Made by a program: the position numbers and the translations under genes. Source: an uncultured Chloroflexia bacterium (GTDB lineage Bacteria; Chloroflexota; Limnocylindria; Limnocylindrales; CSP1-4). From it: a stretch of DNA of 64,000 nt. Of the stretch, positions 28,502 to 38,046 are shown one piece after another (position 1 is the first letter of the stretch; each line of letters starts with the position of its first letter). The notes under the pieces are model-generated. The model was not told the origin of the DNA and ran no database searches. It worked only from the letters and a program-made list of their open reading frames with translations. The stretch covers positions 1,216,001 through 1,280,000 of the forward strand of contig CAWEZH010000002.1 in assembly GCA_963813535.1 (NCBI GenBank), read 5' to 3'.

Positions 28502-30398
28502 GTGACCCCTGCTGCCGCACGGGCACCCGCGACCGACGACCTCGCTCTCCTGCGCTCCTACGAGCCGATCGTCCGCTACAACGACGGCGAACTGTTCTTC
28601 CCGACCGACGTCGAGGCCTACCTGGCGGCCTGCGATCTCCTCGTCGGTTCATCCGAGCGCGACCGCGACATCATCGTGCCGGTCGGCGAGCTGACGGCTG
28701 CGAAGCTGGCCGAGATGCGGGCACCACCGGGTCAGACGCTCTATCTGCGACTCGTCCAGCGACCACTGGCCCCGATCGAGCTTGCCCGCTGGCGGAACCG
28801 ACCCGATCGCCGCGCCTTCCATGCCCCGGGGCGACTGGCCAGGGTCGGCCTGTTCGCCCGCCTCGTCGACGCAGCGTTCGCCGCATCCCTGCTGCTCCGC
28901 GGTACCGTGCCTGGGGGTACCGCAGCGGCGGCACAGGTCAAGTACGCGGCCACCCTGAAGCGCGACCCACGCTACGTCTATTTCGGTCGCGTCGTGCGTC
29001 TCGAGGGCTGGATCGCCCTCCAATACCTGTACTTCTACTTCATGAACGACTACCGCTCCACGTTCCAGGGCGCGAACGACCACGAGGCGGACTGGGAGCA
29101 GGTGTTCGTCTATCTCGATGATGCACCGACCGGCCCCCGGCCCGTCTGGATCGCTGCGGCCGCGCACGACTACGTCGGCGATGAGCTCCGTCGTCGCTGG
29201 GACGACCCGACATTCGAGAAGTCCGGCGATCACCCGATCATCTATGCGGGCGCGGGATCGCATGCATCGTATTTCGAGCGCGGCGAATACCTCACCGAGA
29301 TCCCCCTTCCCGGTATGCGCGGGGCGCGCGGCTTCCTCGAGGCGATGCGGAGCTTCTGGCGGGAGTCCTTGCGACAGCCCGATCCGGGTGACCTCGCCGC
29401 GGCCCTGGCAAAGGCGCTGAGCGTCCCCTTTGTCGACTACGCGCGAGGCGACGGCCTGACGATCGGCGTACCCGGCGGGGCGCAATGGAGTCCGGAACTC
29501 ATCGACGACACCACGCCGTGGGTCGATGGCTACCGCGGCCTCTTCGGCCTCGACACCTTCGACCGACTCGGTGGTGAGCGTGCGCCGGCCGGCCCCAAGT
29601 ACGGGCGGTCCGGAACCGTCCGGATGTCGTGGAACGATCCACTGGGCTTCGGCGGGCTGGACAAGGTCGCACCCCCATCGCGCGAGCCGGACGAGATCCG
29701 GCAGAGGATCAGCCAGCAGGAGGGCCAGCTCGACGAGCTCGACGCGGAGATCGAGCGGCGTTCGGCGCACGCTACCGGGCCTCGATCTCGAGGCACGCGG
29801 CCTGGCCGCCGACGGGGCCACGAAGGCCCTCCACGAGGTGCGTTCGAAGCAGCTCGCATCGGAGACTGCCGAACTCCAACGACTCCGTCGTGATCGCGCG
29901 TCGACATCGGACGCCGTACGGGCCATGCGCGGGGAGCTCGACCGGATCGAGGCGGGCGACATCGGCGACCCGCGCGCGCACCTCCACCAGCCGCACCGAC
30001 CCGTGCCGGAGGCGGACATCCGCTACGGGCGGCTCGTCGAGTTCTGGTCGGCGCTGAGCGTGGGACTGTTGCTGCTGACGATCGCTGCGCTCGTCTGGTT
30101 CGCCATCGTGCCGTGGTGGGGAGCGCTGCTGATCGCGCTCGCGGCCTACGTCGTGCTCGAGGCGGCGTTCCGGCGTCGGCTGATGCTGCTCACGTTGCGC
30201 GTCGAGCTCGCGCTGGCTGTCGTCGGCGCCGTCATCCTGGTGTGGGAACTCCGGTTCGCATTCATCATCGGCGCCATCGTCGCGCTCGCCCTGCTGATCC
30301 TGGCGGATAACCTGCGCGAGCTCAGGACGGGGACGCAGCCCGTGCCACCGGCGCCCTCGATCGATCCCGCCGAGGACGCCGGCCCACGGAACGCCTAG
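28502..30398 (+). CDS. Vps62/NPP1-like domain plus coiled coil plus C-terminal TM helices; frameshift near 29766
   Basis: LQYLYFYFMND...HEADWEQV...HPIIYAGAGSHASYF. ORFs 28502..29893 and 29526..30398 join in the coiled coil. Confidence 0.75.
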
Positions 30399-30417
30399 AC
30401 GGTGCGGTCGACGCCGA

Positions 30418-30999
30418 TCAGCCGGCGAGGGGTGGGGCGGACACCCGTGTCGCAGAGCGGGCCATCCACCCGCCGATGATCCAGATGATGCCCGCCATCA
30501 ACAGCTGGAGACCGACGAAGAAGCCGATGGCGAGTCCGCTCACGGGGATGTCGCTGAACAGCCAGGCGCCGAGCAGGATGTTGATGATCCCGATGGTCGC
30601 CACGAGCCCTCGATGCGGGGTCTCGCCGTTGAACGCGCTGATGAGCCGGATGATGCCATCGACGACCAGCACGATCGACACCACGATCGTGAGGGTGATC
30701 GTGCCTTGCAGCGGGTCGGCGACGATGTCGAGGCCGACGATCACGTACAGGATGCCGAGGAGGATCATCAGGATGCGGCTGCCGACGCCGCCGTTCGTGG
30801 TGAACGCCCCGACGATCTGGGCGATGCCGCCGAAGACCAGCAGCCAGCCGACGAAGATGGTCGTGATCAGGGTGGCATCGACCACGTTGTAGAGAGCGAG
30901 TAGCCCGAGGATCACGAGGATCACGCCGAACGCGACGAACCACTTCCAGCGACCGGCGATCTCCGCCGCGCTGGGCATCGACAGGTAACTCACGGTCAT
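30418..30999 (-). CDS. HdeD/DUF308 family membrane protein
   Basis: WKWFVAFGVILVILG...GWLLVFGG...IGFFVGLQLLMAG. Confidence 0.88.
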   Translation of the reverse strand: MTVSYLSMPSAAEIAGRWKWFVAFGVILVILGLLALYNVVDATLITTIFVGWLLVFGGIAQIVGAFTTNGGVGSRILMILLGILYVIVGLDIVADPLQGTITLTIVVSIVLVVDGIIRLISAFNGETPHRGLVATIGIINILLGAWLFSDIPVSGLAIGFFVGLQLLMAGIIWIIGGWMARSATRVSAPPLAG

Positions 31000-31089
31000 C
31001 CACCTCCATCCCCCAGCCTCGATCTGGGCGCGCTGGGTCCGATGGTCTCACCGGTGGCAATGGTGTCGACCCGCTTGACCGCTGTCCGT

Positions 31090-32250
31090 CTAGTCGGGGC
31101 GCTCACCCCTGAACGGAAGCGCGAACCCGAACTCCGATCCGCCACCCTCTCGGGGCTTCGCCCAGATCCGCCCGCCCAGGATCGCGACGACATGCCGGCT
31201 CGCGCTGAGCCCGATCCCCAGGCCGCTGCTCATCCGGCGGGCCGCGTCGGTGCGGTAGAAGGCTGTGAACAGCAGATCCGCGTCGTCCGGGATACCGATC
31301 CCGCGGTCCCTCACTGTGACGCGTGCTTCGTCGCCGACGCGCTGGAGGACGACCTCGATCGGCTCGGACACCGGACTGTATTTGTCGGCGTTGCCGAGCA
31401 GGTTCCCGACCAGCAACTCGAGATAGCCCTGATCGCCGTCGACGATCAGCTCGTCCCGCTCCATGACCAGTCGGATCTCGCGCCCCGGATGGTGGCGCCG
31501 GAAGACGTCGACGATCTGGCGGACGGCATGGCCCAGGACCTGCGGCTCGAGATCGATCTGCTCCTGCTCGCTGGCGGCGCGTGTCATGAGGAGCAGGTTC
31601 TCGACGAGTCCGAGCAGACGCTCCGCGTCGATCGCGATATCGGCGACCATCGCGCCGGTGCGCTCCGGCAGCTCATCGGTCCGCTGAAGCAGCCGCGCAT
31701 TACCGAAGATCGTGGTCACCGGCGTCCGGAGCTCGTGTGACACCAGACCCAGGAACTCGTCCTTCACGGCATTCGCGGCGCGAAGGGAATCCTCGGCACG
31801 ACGGCGCTCGGTGACGTCGACCAGGACGTTGATGGCCCCGATCAGGCGGCCGTCGCCATCGAAGACGACCGTCGGATACGGGACGAAGGCCGCGCGCGTG
31901 CCGTCCGGCCGCTCCGCCACCCCCTCGATGCCACGCACCGACCGCGCTTCCTTGAGGGCGATCGCCATCGGGCATTCGTCGTGGGGCATCGGTCGACCGT
32001 CGGGCCAGAACAACTTCCACGAGCCGCACCATTCCTCGCCGATCTCGGGACGACGACCCCAGAAATCGGCCGCCGCCTCATTGAAGAATGTGATGCGGCC
32101 GTCGGCGTCGGTCGTGTACACGGCAACCCCGAGTGCCTCCAGGAACTGGCGGTAGCTCGGGCTGTCGATCGACGGCGCGTCGAACATGGGACCGAGCCTG
32201 GGATCGGCATCGGCCGGCCGGACGGCGGTCGTCGCCGGTTCGGGGGTCAC
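31090..32250 (-). CDS. Cytoplasmic PAS-domain sensor histidine kinase
   Basis: PAS (YTTDADGRITFFNEAA, PDGRPMPHDECPM), H-box SHELRTP, NLLGNADKY, DRGIG, GLGIGL. Start uncertain. Confidence 0.93.
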   Translation of the reverse strand: MTPEPATTAVRPADADPRLGPMFDAPSIDSPSYRQFLEALGVAVYTTDADGRITFFNEAAADFWGRRPEIGEEWCGSWKLFWPDGRPMPHDECPMAIALKEARSVRGIEGVAERPDGTRAAFVPYPTVVFDGDGRLIGAINVLVDVTERRRAEDSLRAANAVKDEFLGLVSHELRTPVTTIFGNARLLQRTDELPERTGAMVADIAIDAERLLGLVENLLLMTRAASEQEQIDLEPQVLGHAVRQIVDVFRRHHPGREIRLVMERDELIVDGDQGYLELLVGNLLGNADKYSPVSEPIEVVLQRVGDEARVTVRDRGIGIPDDADLLFTAFYRTDAARRMSSGLGIGLSASRHVVAILGGRIWAKPREGGGSEFGFALPFRGERPD

Positions 32251-32547
32251 CCGCGGTGCATACCACACGCCCCCCGGCTGCGATAGCCCTGGCGACGCGT
32301 TGCGATGCGCCTGCAACGTTAGCCCCCGAGAACCCGGCGTGCGCGAGTACTCCCTAGCCACGCCGCTCGCTGCCGGTTCCGGGGCGGCGCATCGTGCGGC
32401 TGTTGCCACGCGGTTCGACACGTTCTCGATCGCGCGCCATGTGCATGCACCTCATGGCGTCATCGTCAGCGAGAGGCGGCTACAGGCCGTCGCCACATCG
32501 CAACCCCCCGCGGCTTGCAGGGGGCTGGCGGACGACCGTCACGTACG

Positions 32548-32946
32548 ATGCGTCGCGTGCTTCGGATCCTCGTCGCATCCGTCATGGCGCTCGTTGTCGC
32601 GGGATGCGGTCTCTCGTCGGTCGTCGTCGACGATGGCGGACCGCCGGTGCCGCCCGGCCCACTCGGCCCGGTCGTGCAACCCGATGGCGGCGGTCCGCCG
32701 GTCGAATGCCGAGGTGTCCCGCTCGAGGAATGCAAGGGATTCGGCAACATGGATGGCGCGGGCGACGTCGTCCGCTACATCGTCACCTGCACGTCGGTCT
32801 GCACACCCCAGAAGGGCGACGTCCGTATCGACGCATTGCGATCGAATGGGAGGACCGAGCAGCTCGGCCAGGGCACCTGGGAAGGGGCCGAAGCTGCGCC
32901 GGAGGTCCCGCCGGCACCCGGATCCAGTCCGCCGGGTCCCAGCTAG
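32548..32946 (+). CDS. Hypothetical Cys-containing lipoprotein
   Basis: Lipobox VAGC; ECRGVPLEEC and CTSVC. Confidence 0.7.
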   Translation: MRRVLRILVASVMALVVAGCGLSSVVVDDGGPPVPPGPLGPVVQPDGGGPPVECRGVPLEECKGFGNMDGAGDVVRYIVTCTSVCTPQKGDVRIDALRSNGRTEQLGQGTWEGAEAAPEVPPAPGSSPPGPS

Positions 32947-33779
32947 GGTGAGTGTCGGCCCTGCAGCTCGATGGCCGCATCGGAGAACGCCGGCCAGCGT
33001 TCGAGTGCCCATGGTCCGAACTCGCGGTCCGTCAGGCAGACGAGTGCCACGTCGAGGACGGGGTCGACCCAGATGAATGTCCCCGCCCCGCCGAAATGAC
33101 CGAAGGTCGCCGCTGAGTTTCGGTCGCCTGTCCAGTGGGGAACCTTGCTGTCACGGATCTCGAACCCGAGCCCCCAATCGAGCGGGTCGAACGGGCCGAC
33201 GCCCGGCAGGACGCCCTTCAGGCCCGGGAATGCGACCGCCTTCGCAGCACTCGACGTGCCGCGACCCACGAGCGTCGGCCGGAGCAGCTCCAGAGCGAGG
33301 ACAGCAGCATCGCCGATCGGTCCCTGCAGGCCCTGGGACGGTCGCTCGACGAGCTCCGTGGCGGCCATACCCAGCGGAGCCAGCACGCGGTCCGCCAGGG
33401 CGACCGCGAATGGGCGGCGGTCGCGCTCCTCGAGGAGCGCCCCGAGCGCGTCGAACCCCGCGTTGGAATAGATCCGACGGGTCCCTGGCCGGGCGAGGAT
33501 CGTCGTGCCATCGAACGGGAGACCTGAGGCATGCGCGAGCAGGTGCCGTACGGTCGATCCCGGCGGTCCGGCGGGCTCGTCGAGATCGATGGTCCCGTCA
33601 TCGACGGCCGTCAGGAGCGCCAACGCCGTCGCGAGCTTCGTGACGGATGCCCAGCGAAAGCCTCGATCGGCGTCGCCGTGCTGGGCGAGCACACCGCTCG
33701 GGCCAACGAGAGCAGCGGCAGCATGCTCGGCGTCCCAATGGTCGATCGCGGCCAGGGCAGCATCGAGGTGGGTCGTCAC
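32943..33779 (-). CDS. Serine hydrolase (beta-lactamase-like)
   Basis: SVTK, LLAHASG, YSN, FGHFG. Confidence 0.92.
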   Translation of the reverse strand: MTTHLDAALAAIDHWDAEHAAAALVGPSGVLAQHGDADRGFRWASVTKLATALALLTAVDDGTIDLDEPAGPPGSTVRHLLAHASGLPFDGTTILARPGTRRIYSNAGFDALGALLEERDRRPFAVALADRVLAPLGMAATELVERPSQGLQGPIGDAAVLALELLRPTLVGRGTSSAAKAVAFPGLKGVLPGVGPFDPLDWGLGFEIRDSKVPHWTGDRNSAATFGHFGGAGTFIWVDPVLDVALVCLTDREFGPWALERWPAFSDAAIELQGRHSP

Positions 33780-33839
33780 GGCCCCGGGATGCTAGCCCAC
33801 CGTCATGGGATCGACGCACGCCGGGAATAGACTTCGGGC

Positions 33840-34517
33840 ATGCAGTTCTTCGCTTCCAAGCCCAAGTCCATCCCATCCCCCGACAAGGCGCTGCCCGGCC
33901 GGCCCGATCCGATCATGGAGCCCGGGGTCCACACGATCCTCGGGACGCCCCTTGCCGGACCCTGGCCCGAGGGCACCAAGACCGCCATCTTCGGTCTCGG
34001 CTGCTTCTGGGGTGACGAGAAGGACTTCTGGCAGCTCCCCGGCGTGGTCACCACGGCGGTGGGCTATGCCGGCGGTTCGACGCCGAACCCGACCTACCAG
34101 GAGACATGCACCGGTCAGACCGGCCACGCCGAGGTCGTCCTGGTCGCGTACGACCCGCAGCGGATCTCCTACGAACAGCTTCTCAAGACGTTCTGGGAGC
34201 ATCACGACCCGACGCAGGGCATGCGCCAGGGGAACGATGTCGGCACCCAGTACCGATCGATCATCCTCGTCGCGGACGACGAGCAGCGGGCAGCCGCCGA
34301 GGCATCCAAGGCGATGTACCAGGAGCAGCTGTCGAAGGCGGGCTACGGGGAGATCAAGACCGAGATCGTCGACGCCGCGTCGAACCCGTTCTACTACGCC
34401 GAGGACTACCACCAGCAGTACCTCGACAAGAACCCTCGCGGCTATTGCCCCAACCACTCGACCGGCGTCAAGCTGCCGGCCGACTTCGTCGTCACCCCGC
34501 TGCAGTACGTGGACTGA
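33840..34517 (+). CDS. msrA: Peptide-methionine (S)-S-oxide reductase
   Basis: [49 protein letters not shown]. Confidence 0.97.
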   Translation: MQFFASKPKSIPSPDKALPGRPDPIMEPGVHTILGTPLAGPWPEGTKTAIFGLGCFWGDEKDFWQLPGVVTTAVGYAGGSTPNPTYQETCTGQTGHAEVVLVAYDPQRISYEQLLKTFWEHHDPTQGMRQGNDVGTQYRSIILVADDEQRAAAEASKAMYQEQLSKAGYGEIKTEIVDAASNPFYYAEDYHQQYLDKNPRGYCPNHSTGVKLPADFVVTPLQYVD

Positions 34518-34660
34518 CTCGCTGCGGGTCGGCCGCGCATGGCTAGCCCACTGGGAGGCGTCCTCAGACGATGAACGCCCTGACCGCCGTTGGCCCTGCT
34601 CCAGTAGGTCCTTGGCGGTCTTGTCGCGTTGTGGGCGGAACTGAATCCCTATTGTGTGCG

Positions 34661-34699
34661 AAATCATATATTGACAAATCATATACCGCCTCCCATCGT
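34661..34699 (+). promoter_or_regulatory. Sigma70 promoter with a direct-repeat operator
   Basis: AAATCATATA (34661), TTGACA (34671), AAATCATATA (34676), and CATCGT 17 nt after the -35. Confidence 0.7.
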
Positions 34700-34737
34700 G
34701 TCCTCGACAGGGGTCGCATCAGCACGGAGGCACGGAC

Positions 34738-35013
34738 ATGCAGGACATCCTCATCCGGATCGAGACCGACGACTTCGGGGCCTGGGCGGAGCAGCACTAC
34801 CTCCACGCCGTCAACCGAGCAACCTACGGAATCGAGGACGGACCGGCCTATCGGGACATGGACAATCCCAACGCGGCCATGTTCCACATCAGGACCGAGG
34901 ACGTCGATCGGGCGATGGGATGGTTCCAGTCCGATACCTTCAGGGCCGCGACCAAGCTGGCGAAGGTCACGGGCAGGTCCTTCTACGACGCCCAGCCTCG
35001 CAGCCGAACCTGA
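34738..35013 (+). CDS. Small hypothetical protein (dimeric alpha/beta-barrel/cyclase-like)
   Basis: GGAGG RBS; DDFGAW...YRDMDNPN pattern. Confidence 0.75.
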   Translation: MQDILIRIETDDFGAWAEQHYLHAVNRATYGIEDGPAYRDMDNPNAAMFHIRTEDVDRAMGWFQSDTFRAATKLAKVTGRSFYDAQPRSRT

Positions 35014-35043
35014 CGCAACCCGATCGCGGAAAGGGAGCGACTC

Positions 35044-35523
35044 CTGGTTACACGCCGCGTCGGAGACGACGAACGCCTTTCGGCCTGGCGGGATCTGCAG
35101 TGGGCGACGAGTCTGATCATGAGCCGCTTCGCCCACGACCTCGCCGAAGAGGGCCTGACGCTCGAGGAGTTTGACGTCGTGGTCCACTTGGCGTGGGCTC
35201 GAGACGGCGTGCTGCCGTTGCGTGCACTGGTCGCCTCCATCGTCACGGGCTACCAGTTGAGTCGAAGTGGGCTCACCCGCCTGCTCGACCGGATGGAACG
35301 AGACGGCCTCGTCGAACGAAGCCTGAGTCGTGATGATCGGCGACAGTTCGACGTCGCGATCACCGGCCACGGCCGAGAGGTCTTCGACCGGGTTTGGCCC
35401 GGCCATCTGCAAGGGATCCAGAGCTCCTTCTCGGAGCCACTGACCGACCACGACGTGACCGTCTTGAAGCGGGTCCTTGCCAAGCTGATCCGCGCCAACG
35501 AGGGGCCGAACGGCCGGCGATAG
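35044..35523 (+). CDS. MarR family regulator (probable CTG start)
   Basis: LSRSGLTRLLDRMERDGLVER...DRR...ITGHG. The in-frame first helix (RLSAWRDL) lies upstream of ATG 35119, with CTG 6 nt after AAGGGAG. Confidence 0.88.
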   Translation: MVTRRVGDDERLSAWRDLQWATSLIMSRFAHDLAEEGLTLEEFDVVVHLAWARDGVLPLRALVASIVTGYQLSRSGLTRLLDRMERDGLVERSLSRDDRRQFDVAITGHGREVFDRVWPGHLQGIQSSFSEPLTDHDVTVLKRVLAKLIRANEGPNGRR

Positions 35524-35536
35524 GCTGACCTGTTTG

Positions 35537-35624
35537 AGAATCCGCGGGGCTATTGCCCGAACCACGCTACCGGCGTGCAGCTCCCGGATGCCTTCGTCGT
35601 CACGCCGCTTCAGTACTGGACTGA
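35537..35624 (+). repeat. msrA 3'-end copy 1
   Basis: Translates as [26 protein letters not shown], versus native 34429-34517 [28 protein letters not shown]. Confidence 0.95.
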
Positions 35625-35648
35625 CAGTAGGCGCAACTATCCGGTGCT

Positions 35649-35732
35649 CGAACGGCTACTGCCCCGAACCGCGCAACCGGAATGATCCTTCCATCCAACT
35701 TCAAGGTCTCAGGGCTTCAATACCTGCAATGA
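35649..35732 (+). repeat. msrA 3'-end copy 2 (most diverged)
   Basis: NGYCP(+1)NRATGMILPSNFKVSGLQYLQ*. Confidence 0.85.
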
Positions 35733-35860
35733 CCTTAGAGGAGTTCCTGGGAACCGGCGGCGGGGCTCGTCCATGGTCGAAGTCCAAGCCCGGGCGGACT
35801 CCAAGCTGCGCGTTAAACTCCTGCGAAACTCAAGTGTTCATCTAGAGGGAGCCCGCGGGC

Positions 35861-36697
35861 GTGGATGCGGATCGTCATGCCGAGGAGAGCGGTTCCGATC
35901 CCGACGCGAACCCGAACGAGGCCATGTGGCGGGCGATCCTCGACGGCACGGATCCCGTATATGCGCGAACTCGGGGCCGGCTGAAGCACCTCCCGGGAAC
36001 GCCGCGTTGCAAGATGTGTGCCGCGCCTTTCGGGGGCCCTGCCGGCATCCTGATGCGGTGGCGGGGTCGAGCGCCGTGGCCGAAGAACCCCGACTACTGC
36101 GGTGCCTGCTTCCAGCTGCTTGATCGATACCACGGCGGCGCGGAGATTGAATTGTCCTTCCTGTTCGCCGACATCCGCGGCTCGACGACCTTGGCGGAGG
36201 GGATCTCGCCGACGGCGTTTCGAACGCTTCTCGACCGCTTCTACGACGTCGCCGCGCGCGTCCTCGTCGCCCATGACGGCATCGTCGACAAGTTCGTCGG
36301 CGACGAGGTCGTTGGAATCTTCATTCCGGCGCTCGCCCACGGCGAGCATCCCGCGCAGGCAATCGCTGCTGGGCGGGCGCTGCTCGACGCGACGGGCCAC
36401 GGGGAACCCGATGGGCCGTGGCTGCCAGTTGGAGTCGGCGTGGCTACCGGAACCGCGTTCGTCGGGTCGGTCGGAGAGACGCACACGGCGGCGATGACGG
36501 CCCTCGGCGACATCGTGAACGTCACCGCGCGGCTTGCATCCGCCGCCGGGCCTGGCGAAATCCTCGTCAACGACAGGGCGGCAGAACGGGCCGGCCTTGA
36601 GACACGATCACTCGAGCTGCGCCGGCTCGGACTCAAGGGAAAGACGCAGCTGACTACCGTCTACGTCGTTCATGCCGGACGCGGATCAACCCCCTGA
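35861..36697 (+). CDS. Class III adenylate/guanylate cyclase with an N-terminal CxxC...CxxC domain
   Basis: CKMC, CGAC; FADIRGST, DKFVGD, TALGDIVNVTARL. Confidence 0.93.
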   Translation: MDADRHAEESGSDPDANPNEAMWRAILDGTDPVYARTRGRLKHLPGTPRCKMCAAPFGGPAGILMRWRGRAPWPKNPDYCGACFQLLDRYHGGAEIELSFLFADIRGSTTLAEGISPTAFRTLLDRFYDVAARVLVAHDGIVDKFVGDEVVGIFIPALAHGEHPAQAIAAGRALLDATGHGEPDGPWLPVGVGVATGTAFVGSVGETHTAAMTALGDIVNVTARLASAAGPGEILVNDRAAERAGLETRSLELRRLGLKGKTQLTTVYVVHAGRGSTP

Positions 36698-36722
36698 TGC
36701 CGACAGTAGCTTGAGCGGTTTC

Positions 36723-36810
36723 AGAACCCCGCGGCTATTGCCCCAACCACTCGACCGGCGTGAAGCTGCCGGATGACTTCAAGGCGACCCCGCTTCAATA
36801 CGTGGAATAG
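36723..36810 (+). repeat. msrA 3'-end copy 3
   Basis: NP(-1)[26 protein letters not shown]. Confidence 0.95.
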
Positions 36811-36839
36811 GCCTCGTCACCCAGACGCTCCGACATGAA

Positions 36840-36866
36840 GAGACCCGCCCACGATGGGCGGGTCTC
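36840..36866. terminator. Hairpin terminator after the last msrA-end copy
   Basis: GAGACCCGCCCA-CGA-TGGGCGGGTCTC perfect 12-bp stem. Confidence 0.8.
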
Positions 36867-36922
36867 GCCTTATCTTCGGGCTCGGTCAGGTCCCTTGAGA
36901 GTCGTTCGACTCGTCTGCGCGA

Positions 36923-37801
36923 TCACGCCATCGCGCCGTCGGCGACCTGGCGACCGATCGACGGCTCCGACCCATACCCCAGCCGGCCACGGGTGGCGAC
37001 GAGGACCGCCGCCGCGAGGACCGCGAAGCCCGCGTAGACGACCACCGGGTCGACCGACGGCGCGAGCACCGGGATGAATGCCGAGCCCGTGGCGACGCCA
37101 AGGCCCGCGTGGTACAGCCCGACGATCGGCACGCTACGACCCGAGCGGTTGTAGATCCAGGTCAGCACCAGCCGCACCGAGATCGGCAGGACGAACAGCG
37201 CGACGAGGTAGAACGGCACCTGCTCGGCGGTCACACGGCCATCGGTGACGCCGCCCGCGATGAACACCAGCGGGACGTGGATGAGGGCCTGCAGCCAGGT
37301 CGTCACGACGCTGGCGGCGATCGGGCCCAAACGCGGCTGGAGCCGCTCGAGCACGAACCCCGTCCACGCGGTCTCTTCCCACCAGTTGACGAGCGCGAAG
37401 GCGACGACAGCGCCGAGCACGATCGTCACGATGACGGCCGGGTTCGAGGCGAGGGCCGAGATCGGCGAGAGCCCTGCGACAGCGACCGCGGCCACCAGAC
37501 CGGCAGCCGGGAGGAGCAGGACGGCGACCGCATACCACGCCGGGTTGACTCGGAAATGGAAGACGCGGCGACGAAAGGCACGGACGCCTTCACGGCCTTC
37601 GGCGAGGGCGGTCGCGATGAACGCGGCGCCGGCGAGCGAGATGGCCGATAGGAGGATGAATGGCGCGATGCCCGGCAGCTCGAGATCGATGATCCCGATG
37701 CCGTTCGTCGATGCCAGTGGCACCGCGAAGATGGCCGCGCTCGCCGCGTAGGCGATGGTCAGGAAGACGGCGAGTGGATGCCGTCGTGCGATCGATCGCA
37801 T
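36923..37801 (-). CDS. CPBP family intramembrane metalloprotease
   Basis: WEETAWTG, ALIHVP, YNRSGRSV...YHA. Confidence 0.88.
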   Translation of the reverse strand: MRSIARRHPLAVFLTIAYAASAAIFAVPLASTNGIGIIDLELPGIAPFILLSAISLAGAAFIATALAEGREGVRAFRRRVFHFRVNPAWYAVAVLLLPAAGLVAAVAVAGLSPISALASNPAVIVTIVLGAVVAFALVNWWEETAWTGFVLERLQPRLGPIAASVVTTWLQALIHVPLVFIAGGVTDGRVTAEQVPFYLVALFVLPISVRLVLTWIYNRSGRSVPIVGLYHAGLGVATGSAFIPVLAPSVDPVVVYAGFAVLAAAVLVATRGRLGYGSEPSIGRQVADGAMA

Positions 37802-37944
37802 CTGGTGTGTCCCCTTTCGTGGGCTTCTGTGGAGCTGCGGATCAAGCGATCCGTGTGCTTCCCAGACTCGCCTCGCGGGGACGCCACGTCGTCGGTCCAC
37901 GGGCCCGAACGGACACGCGACGTTCGGCGCGACGGGACCGTCCG

Positions 37945-37964
37945 AGCGATACCCGGGTATCGCT
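37945..37964. promoter_or_regulatory. Perfect 20-bp palindrome between the divergent CPBP and TCS genes (probable response-regulator site)
   Basis: AGCGATACCCGGGTATCGCT. Confidence 0.65.
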
Positions 37965-38046
37965 GCGATCTCATCCCACAGGCGGACGCCGAACTCCTGC
38001 CCGAGCGCTACCGTTCGGCACTGGAACCAGCCCTACCGAGGTGTCG

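Noticed and set aside
34429-36810. msrA-end copies as a diversity-generating retroelement TR/VR or a CRISPR-like array
   Set aside because: No reverse transcriptase is in the window, the differences are not adenine-specific, and the spacers are whole genes.
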